From NCBI GenBank assembly GCA_951406725.2, contig OX597832.1, positions 19,220,001 through 19,284,000 on the forward strand: 64,000 nucleotides of DNA, read 5' to 3'. The notes below the pieces were generated by a model. That model saw only the letters and a list, made by a program, of their open reading frames with translations. It made no database searches and was not told the origin of the DNA. The position numbers were made by a program, and so were the translations under genes. This DNA is from Octopus vulgaris. Lineage: Eukaryota. Position 1 is the stretch's first letter, and each line of letters opens with the position of its first letter. This document shows positions 55,036-64,000 of the stretch, piece by piece.

Positions 55036-55508
55036 GGCGGCGAGCTGGCAGAAAAGTTAGCACACCGACATTTTGTCCTTCTTTATGTTTTGAGCTTTAA
55101 TTTTCGCCGAGGTTAGTTTTTGCCTTTCATCCTTTCGGGCTCTATAAAATAACTACCAATTACGTACTGGGGTCGATCTGGTCTACTGGCTCCCTCCCCA
55201 GAAATTTCGAGCTTTGTGCCTAGCACATAAAAAGAATAAGTACCAGTTGAGCACTGGGGTCAGTGTAATCGACCTACACACTCCCCCGACATTGATGACC
55301 TCGTACCAAACTTTAAAACCAATATATACTAAATCCTGTATTCTACTGACATGAGTAGGCTATAATTGAACCTGCACTTGGTATCCAAAACAGAGGACAA
55401 GACATAAAGAGGTCAAGCCTGTGTGCCATGTATTGTATGTGCATAACTTTGCCTCACAATACACGGACCGATATAAGATTGGCGCTGCAGTAATTTATGG
55501 GTGGTGAT
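55036..55508 (+). repeat. SINE A with head plus flank; probable source of the 51945-52373 copy
   Basis: Has the GGCGGCGAGCTGGCAG head that the other copy lacks. Confidence 0.85.
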
Positions 55509-56214
55509 GATGATCTTGCTTCTTCATCAGTGTTGCAGTGCACGCACATATGCGTGTGTCTGCGTGTGCATATATACATGTATGCATATGTGTTTGTGTG
55601 TGAATGTATGTATGTAATTATATGTGCATTGTATATGTGTGCATCCATTTGCATATCAAAGAATAAAACGAAATCTTAGTAAATTAAACGGGAGACAAAG
55701 GTGAAAATAAATTAACAGGTAGAGTTTTATTGATTGCTTATTTAATGTTGACAAATGGATCTTTCCTGTTTGGCTGCCACTTTTCAAGTTCTTCAATTTT
55801 GTCCTAGTTGATTTCAGATTTGGTGGTGTATTGATGTAGATGTGTAGGCTAATTATTGATATGAAATTCATTTTCGCCATAAAGCAATAAATAAACAGTC
55901 AATAACGTTTAAAATCTGTAAATCTGAGGTAATTTTAGCCAATCCAAAGCCATAGACTTACTGGTACCTGTTTCCATATTAACAAGCCAAGATTTGCAAC
56001 TCTTGTTTACGAAAAGCCACATAAATTTACACTGATAGTTTTCGCTGTGTTCACCTGCTTGTACCCAGCTGTCACTGATGTTGGATAGCTCACATTGTTT
56101 TTGATACCCATCTCTTGAATGCTTAAACTGCAAATTATATGTTGTTTACTCGTCTTTTAGTAATTTTTCGCATATTAAACGCTTAAAATACGAGCTATCG
56201 TCCCAATATTGATA

Positions 56215-56550
56215 GTGGAGGCACATGGCTCAGTAGTTAGAGCGTCGAGCTTATGATCATGAGGTACTGAGTTCGAATTCCGGACCGGGCTGCATCTTGT
56301 GTTCTTGAGCAAGACAATTTATTTCACGTTGCTCCAGTTCACTCAGCTGTAGAAATGAGTTGCGATGTCACAGGTGCCAAGGTGTATTGGCATTTGCCTA
56401 TCCCTTGGATAACACTGGTGGAGTGGAGAGGGGAGGCTGGTGTGTATGGGCGACTGCTGGTCTTCCATAAACAACCTTGTCCGGACTTGTGCCTGGGAGG
56501 GTAACTTTCTAGGTGCAATCTCATTGTCAGTCATGACCGAAGGAGGTCAC
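56215..56550 (+). mobile_element. tRNA-derived SINE (further family)
   Basis: GTGGAGGCACATGGCTCAGTAG...GAGTTCGAATTCC...TGTGTTCTTGAGCAAGACA...CACTCAGCTGTAGAAATGAG. Confidence 0.75.
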
Positions 56551-56582
56551 AACAATATATATATATATGTATGGTATGTATG

Positions 56583-56621
<39 letters not shown>

Positions 56622-56840
56622 TTCTTATGGTATATATTCATCATGTTTTTTCATAAATTTATTTATTTTTAAAGAATTCTGCGTACTTTAGATTGCAGTA
56701 TATGATTACTGTTATGCTTTTCATTTGATCAAAGCTAGGAAGAGGTATCAACCTTATCGACAGAAATAACTAGATTAATAATCGTAACTATTTTTAGTTG
56801 CAAATCAAGCGCTATTAATTCATTTGTTGTTGAGAAGGAA

Positions 56841-56881
<41 letters not shown>

Positions 56882-57397
56882 TGAAGGAGCGGGAGAGCGG
56901 GAGAAATGTAGGAAATATAATATGTTGAGGGATAAAAAGAGAGGGGCAGATATTGAAAATGACTGAAAACTAAATATAGAAAAAGTAACACCCACCACTA
57001 CATCTGCTGCTGCGTCCACATCTCGTGTCCGCTTTTAATTCCACCCACACATTTTTCTCTGTTAATCCGTTCCTATTCCTTACAATTTCCTGGGACTAAT
57101 TTATCTTGGTTATGTTTGGAGTAGAAATGGACATATCCCATTAGCTATAGTCCTGCAAGTCTGTAGCATTTTAACACAAACACACACACAAGCACACACA
57201 CATGCATACACACACTGACTCACTGACTCACTCATTCACACACTCGCTAGCACATTCACACGCACAAACACACACATATGAACATGCACACATTATGAGT
57301 GTCTAAGTGTGCGTTTTATGCGCTTTTGTGTGCTTGCAATATGAATATATATGCATACATACATACACGCATATATAAGCATATATATATTTATCTA

Positions 57398-57488
<91 letters not shown>

Positions 57489-57512
57489 GTATACATATAT
57501 GTATACATGTAA

Positions 57513-57845
57513 ACTTTGCCTTTCATCCTTTCGGGGTCGATTAAATAAGTACCAGTTACGCACTGGGGTCGATATAATCGACTTAATCCGTTTGTCTGTC
57601 CTTGTTTGTCCTCTCTGTGTTTGGCCCCTTGTGGGTAGTAAAGAAATGGGTATTTCATCTGCCGCTGCGTCCTGAGTTCAAATTCCGCCAAGGTCGACTT
57701 TCCCTTTCATCCTTTCTGGGTCGATTAAATAAGTACCAGTTTCGCACTGAGCTCGATATAATCGATTTAATCCTTTTGTCTGTCCTTGTTTGTCCCCTCT
57801 ATGTTTAGCCCCTTGTGGGCAATAAACAAATAGGAAACTTAGCAG
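57513..57845 (+). mobile_element. SINE family A dimer, 5'-truncated
   Basis: Junction AAGAAATG|GGTATTTC near 57648. Confidence 0.8.
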
Positions 57846-59207
57846 ATACTAGAACACGGAACTTTCAAACCAGGACTGGTCAACTTTTATCGAGAAGTAT
57901 GTTGTACAACGCATGGCTCATCATCAGAATGGCCGCACTTTAAAAAGATCGCTTCTTTTTTTTTTTTTTTTCTATGTTAGATATGGTATTTAGAAAGGAT
58001 CCCGACTGCATTTTGTCTATGATTTGGATACTCTGCTAAAATCGACTATCCTACGTATCGGCTCCTCTTCCTCCTCTGACACATCTAACATCTGTACAAG
58101 AAGAGTTCATAAGGTCACATGGGGCTAAGAACTGCAGGAACATAATACAATTCTTTAGTGTTTATTTAGGCTTACTGTTGTGCAATAACACACACACACA
58201 AAATCTCAGTTTACGCTAACCACCTTCTCATTCCGTTAAATGTGAATTCTCATATTCTTTCTAGCTCTCTGTGTATATATGTGTATACACGCATCTATGT
58301 ATCTGTGTCCGTGTGCGTATGTAAATCTAAATGTGTGTGTGTATATGTGTGTGTGTAAGTGTTTGTGTGTTGTTGTCCTAAGTTGCTGTTCCTGTCGTTG
58401 TTGTTCTTTTCTGAACTGGGTCATATGAAGAAACACAAAATCTATGTCACATAACATGACAGTTTTTCCTTTCTCTCACTCGCTCAAATCTCGCTCACTG
58501 TCTGTCTGTCTGTCTCTCTGTATTTCTGTCTGTCTGCCTCTCTCTCTCTCTCTCTCTCTCTATGTATTTCTGTCGGTCTGTCTCTCTCTCTCTCTCTCTC
58601 TCCCTCTCTCCATCTCACTCACATTCTCTTATTCTCTCACCACTCACTCTTTATTTATTTCTCTTACCTTCTGAAGTACACCTGATTGGGGCACCTATCA
58701 CTTTCACATACAACACTAAGAATTTAAATTAACGTCTGTTATATATGTTTGTATTTATTTATTTAGCTAGCAACTTAGTTATTGCTATTTTCTTTTTAGA
58801 TTTTGACCTCGTTTTCCGTTGTTGCTTTATATGTCGTTTCTTAATTGTTTTTGTTGATAGTCTTGTTGTCTTCTTTTTGTAATTATTTTAGATTCATTTT
58901 CTTCTTTTCTTTTTTTTTTTTTTTTTTTCTATTTCAGTTTAACCGAACCAGTCAATTTGATTGTCATGATATATATCTTTTGAGCGACTTAGACAGTAAC
59001 GTACAACTTGTAAGAGTCGCAGCGGGTTGTGTCAACAGGGTGTCGACCTCTGAACCGATTCAGTGGTAGATTCTTCTTAATCCTATTTCCCAGCAGCATT
59101 TTGTGGTGATGTCTCTACAAAAAGGACCAACTTATCTCCTTTGACTCAGACCCTCAATAAAATAGTCGTTCGGTTCTATTACATACATTGCGTTCATATA
59201 TTACATA

Positions 59208-59590
59208 CATGTTTCAGTCATTTGACTGTGGCCATGATGGAGCACCACCTTTAGTCGAGTAAATCTACCCCAGGTCTTATTCTTTGTAAGCCTAGTACTT
59301 ATTCATTCCGTCTCTTTTACCGAACCGCTAAGTTACGGGGACGCAAACACACCAGCATCGGTTGTCAAGCGATGTTGGGGGACAACCATAGACGCATAAA
59401 CATATACACACACATATATATATACACATATATACGATGGGCTTCTTTCAGTTTCTGCATACCAAATCCACTCGCAAGGATTTGGTCGGCCCGAGGCTAT
59501 AGCAGAAGACACATGCCAAAGGTGCAACGCAGTAGGACTGAACCCGGAACCATGTGGTTCATAAGCAAGCTACTTACCACACAGCCACTC
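59208..59590 (-). mobile_element. SINE family B, full length
   Basis: Colinear with 62855-63245. Confidence 0.85.
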
Positions 59591-59710
59591 ATAATATACA
59601 TTACATACGCAAATTGCATATATATAAATATGTATGACACAAATGACAAATCGCAAACGCCTTGCATACAAACACATACACAGTTGCATACATGCATTCT
59701 TAGCAACGTT

Positions 59711-59779
<69 letters not shown>

Positions 59780-59830
59780 TGGATGCATAGTAAGAAGTTT
59801 GCTTTCCAGACGCATGGTACCGCGTTCATT

Positions 59831-60133
59831 GGTTTGTTCCTTGTCGAGCCACGCCAGGGTCATAGGGCCGGTTTCCCAGTTTCCTTGGCGTATAGGTTCC
59901 CCACCTGGACGGGACGCCGGTCCGTCGCAGGTGAGATGCAAGATGCAGGAGGAAAGAGTGTGAGAAAGTTGTGGCGAAAGTGTCAGCAGAAGTTCGCCAT
60001 TACCTTCTGCCGGAGCTGCATGGAGCTTAGGTGTTTTTGCTCATAAACACATATATCGCCCTGTCTGAAATTCGAACCCGCGATCCCTCGACCACGAGTC
60101 CGCTGCTCTAACCACTAGGCAATGTGCCTCCAC
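59831..60133 (-). mobile_element. SINE family C, full length
   Basis: 12-bp TSD ACCG(C/G)GTTCATT at 59819-59830 and 60134-60145. Confidence 0.88.
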
Positions 60134-60828
60134 ACCGGGTTCATTCACCATGTATATCAATTTGGGCAAGTATTTCTTACTACAAGCTCGATGCAAACAA
60201 ATCCTAGTGAGTGAATTTGGTAGATGGAATCCGAAAAAAGCCCAGAATGCGTGCATCAAGGCTGGCTCTTCCACTAAAATGTACCTAAGTGCCAGTTGGT
60301 GGTATTAAACAAGGCGACAGTTTAACTCCGTCTTCTAAAAATCTTATTTGTAGAACATCCCTAAATGCTACCCGCCAGACTGTAACATTAACGGAAATGC
60401 TTAATCCACCAGACGAGATAGTCGTACATCCGACTAAAAATCGTTTAACACCATCAGGTGAAATTAATCCTTCCTAACGACTATCTGAAAAATGTTCTTT
60501 GAATTCCATTATCAAGGCATTTAACACTAACACTTGTCATCTTCTTTCGTGCTTTTGCTGTCCTATGAGGATCTTCATGATCCTAAGTTTTCTTCATGAG
60601 AAAATATTTACCACTGTTCTGACTATGGACGCTCAACAGACGCTTTTAGAGCTAAATTTATAATCAAGCAGGATTGTATCGTTTTACCAAATATATTTAT
60701 AACAACCATTATGCACATCGTGAAGTCAGAACTTTCTTCAATAATCGACATAGAATTCGAGAGAAATAGGAAGCTATTCAAAGGTAATTTACTGCGAGGC
60801 GATAGAAAAAATATATCTCTAATACATA

Positions 60829-61348
60829 CCGTAAATCCTCCTGTATAATCCGCATTTTTTTCCCAAAATTTAAAGATCAAAACCACTAGTGCGTACTATA
60901 TACGAGGTTAAAAATGAAAAATATTTTCTAAGCAATGTCCGAGTCTCTATTTGCTGTCCGGCAATGTTTGTTCCGATGCAATTTGTGATGTCAGGCGCGA
61001 AAATAAACTTAAGCTAAGCCTGAAAGCAATGAAATCATAAAAGAATCATCCATAACTTGCTGTAAACAACATTTATTAATATAAAAGTATTCAGGACACA
61101 GAATAACATGTAACAAAAACAATTTGCAAGCATATTTATACTACCATATAACAGTTAAGAACATCACCATTATTGTATTACGCATGCCCGGGAGTGTTTG
61201 TCCGACTAGATGCTGTTGGGTTAATTACGCACGACTCAAGTTAGAGGAGTGCGTATTATACACAAGGTTTAGGTGTTTCAGAGGTACAGCCACCTAAAAA
61301 TTTCCTGCGTGTTGTACTCAAGAGTGGACTATACTCAAAGATTTACGG
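60829..61348 (+). mobile_element. pogo/Tigger-like MITE (complete, TA TSD)
   Basis: TA-CCGTAAATCCTC...GATTTACGG-TA. Ends shared with 22743-23252. Confidence 0.88.
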
Positions 61349-61439
61349 TATGACTAACCTTCAGTATTCCGTCAATAATAAAATGTCTAAAAGTGAAGGA
61401 TTTGCTTTTTATCTTGTTTCCAGAGTCTTTGGGGATGTT

Positions 61440-62110
61440 CAACTCTCCACTGCCTGCTTTCAAAATTAAAAGTTGCTTTTGGAGAACATCTGCAAATTTG
61501 AATACTTGGGAAGTCGTCTCTTGACCACCACCGAAGCAAAGACCATGAAATGTTTGTTTGGACGTCTTCCAGTACGGGTATTCTCACAAGAAACTCCAGT
61601 CGGAAAGAATTTACTCGTTTATGATACAGTTGTGATCCTCGTTCTCCTACACAGATTTAAATATTAGCAACAATCAGCACTTTATCTAAATGAAGGACTT
61701 TCACCATCATCGATTTTGAAATGAGAGAAATGCCGACAAAGCAAAGGCCACTAACATCGAAGTAAACATCTTTTGGGACTAGTCACAAAGAGTAGGATAC
61801 GTAATTCGAATTAAGAACAGATTCCTCAAATTTGCTAAGACCGTTTGATGGAAATGGTGGGGAACGAACAAGAATGGAACTGTTGGTGTGGTAAAACTGA
61901 AAACTGACATTAGAGTACACAACTGAGAAACTTTCATTCGTCACAAGATGGCCTGGGGTTTCTTCGTTCAACAAGGAGTGGACTTTTTTGCATGATCCTG
62001 TCGTAAAACTTGTGCGGACAAGAAAAAGAGACAACGGGTACGTACTCAACTGTACCGGACTAATATGTTCACATTGACTGAAATCTTGCACCACTTGGAC
62101 TAAATAAGTT
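61440..62110 (+). mobile_element. Decayed RTE-clade LINE ORF2 3' half
   Basis: LENICKFEYLGS...LFGRLPVRVF...LLVYDTVVILVLL, later AWGFFVQQGVDFF...KKKRQR. Confidence 0.65.
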
Positions 62111-62854
62111 AATAACCCGTGTAGATTAGCTAATAATCCTTGATCTGAAAGAATATGATGCTCAGTTCCAAGCTATTTCAGAGAAGATTTGGGAAAATCT
62201 CAAGATGTGTACTTCTAAGAAAACAGATTGATTTTTTTTGTTTTTTTTTAGTCTTTTCCTATAAATATGAAAAATACTTAAATATGCCCTCAATACTACA
62301 ATGCTTACATGAATAAACAGTGTATTCATGAGAATTTTTTTTGTGTGTTTTTTTGCTTTCTGTGAGAAGACATGACTTGGATTCTTGCGTTCAATTCCCG
62401 AGTCAGTCAGTGAGTTGTGGTCTTCAGCAAGGTACGTCGTTTCACGTTTCTTCATTCTAATACAACACCAGCCAGTGCTCGGCACAGCCTTCTCCCCACC
62501 TCAGCTATCGCGTCTTGAATGTTCTTTGGGTCAACATTAAAGGAATAATCAAGATGTATATGTCTACGACAATAAAAACAAACTTAAAACAGCGAAAGTA
62601 TGGAATATATTACATTCAAACTTCACTCTGCTGATGTTAGACATTTCTGAAAGAAATCAAAGCCAAATCCTTATCATCTAAAACGTTATTGCAGTAATTC
62701 TCGGTTCTTTTGAATTCGTGGCACATTAGAGATTAGATAAAGAAAAAAATAACTGCGGCTGCACCTTGCATGAGAAGTAAGGCAAATTATTTTGCAGTTA
62801 AAGTTACAAATTAAATAATTACAAAAATATTTTTTCCTTTTAGCTTTTATTTCA

Positions 62855-63245
62855 TTTGTTTCAGTAATTTGACCGCGGTCATGCTGGAGCACCACCTTTA
62901 GTCGAGCAAGTCAACCCCAGAAATTGTTCTTTGTAAGCCTAGTATTTATTCTATCGGTCTCTTTTGCCGAACCACTAAGTGACGAGGACACAAACGCACC
63001 AGCGTCGGTTGTCAAGCGATGTTGGAGGGACAAACACAGACACACAAACACATACACACACATACACACACATATATACATATATACGATGGCTTCTTTC
63101 AGTTTCCATCCACCAAATCCACTCACAAGGTTTTGGTCGGCCCGAGGCTATAGTAGAAGACACTTGCCCAAGGTGCCACGCAGTGGGACTGAACCCGGAA
63201 CCATGTAGTTGGTAAGCAAATTACTTACCACACAGCCACTCCTGC
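62855..63245 (-). mobile_element. SINE family B, full length
   Basis: Head GGAGTGGCTGTGTGGTAAG...GGGTTCAGTCCC, tail GGTGGTGCTCCAGCATGACCGCGGTCAAATTACTGAAAC. Confidence 0.88.
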
Positions 63246-63304
63246 GATATTCTAATCATATCTATATTCTATTCATATTTATATAACAATATGATTTTTC
63301 TCCA

Positions 63305-63490
63305 ATAAGCCTGAGATTTTGGGGAAACTTTAGTCGTAACATCGATTTCAGTGTTTAACAGGCACTTATTTTATTGACCCCGAAAGAATTAAAGGCGAAG
63401 CCGACCTCGGCGTAATTTGAACTAAAAGGTGAGGACGAGCGAAATGCCGTCCAGCATTTTGCTCGGTGTGCTATCGATTCTGCCAGCTCA
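63305..63490 (-). mobile_element. Diverged SINE family A
   Basis: GAGCTGGCAGAATCG head and GCCTTTAATTCTTTCGGGGTCAAT core. Confidence 0.7.
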
Positions 63491-63914
63491 ATACCTGAAC
63501 ATTTTATTCCGATCCTCTAACGGTTCTGTCAGTTTGTGAACCTTAATGACTGAATAACATTTGCCAGTTGTTTGTCAACTACAAGACAGGTGCAGTACAA
63601 GAAAATTCATGTCTTCGTTTATTTATCTCAGCAATGATTGTAAACAAAAACGTGTTAATACATTCACACTGACCCACAAACTATGTGAGTAATATAACTC
63701 ACAACGTTATCGTTATTAGGACGTTGCACTGTTCGCACAACCAAGGTAACGGATCTCGCCACTTGCTAGAAATAGCAGACTAATTAGCTCAAATTGACCG
63801 AGCTTAAACAGTGACATATCCGCTTAAGTTTTTTTCTTAATTTTTATTAGTATTTTCTCACTGTGGGTTTGGTAGACGGAAACTGAAAGAAGCCCATCGT
63901 ATATATGTATATGT

Positions 63915-63978
<64 letters not shown>

Positions 63979-64000
63979 ATGTTTGTGTCTCGTCACTTGC

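Noticed and set aside
61473-61667. TPVGKN motif suggesting a DUF3504/Crypton recombinase
   Set aside because: The flanking FEYLGS, FGRL and LLVY motifs fit RTE ORF2 better.

Overview
AT-rich eukaryotic DNA dominated by microsatellites ((TA)n, (AAT)n, (GAT)n, (CA)n, (GAA)n) and retro/DNA transposon debris. The repeat landscape looks like a coleoid cephalopod (Octopus-like) intron or intergenic region; this is an inference. No intact host gene is supported, and nearly all long ORFs are microsatellite translations. Recognisable content: a 5'-truncated Penelope-like element (PLE; RT + GIY-YIG, 12.7-14.5 kb, minus), a second PLE endonuclease fragment (33.4-34.3 kb), RTE, CR1/L2-type and R4/Dong LINE fragments, a mariner remnant, pogo/Tigger-like MITEs, and several tRNA-derived SINE families. 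The most interesting signal is a set of about 9 hammerhead-ribozyme (HHR) motifs. Most sit in 140-200 bp non-coding elements inserted into (TA)n tracts. Several have non-canonical cores (CCGANGA, CUGUAGA), and the one in the PLE 3' UTR has an apparently compensatory G3-C8 core (GUGAUCA). Also notable: a SINE that forms multimers with fixed junctions, a SINE/LINE pair with a shared 3' tail, and local duplications. All motif and structure calls were made by eye.
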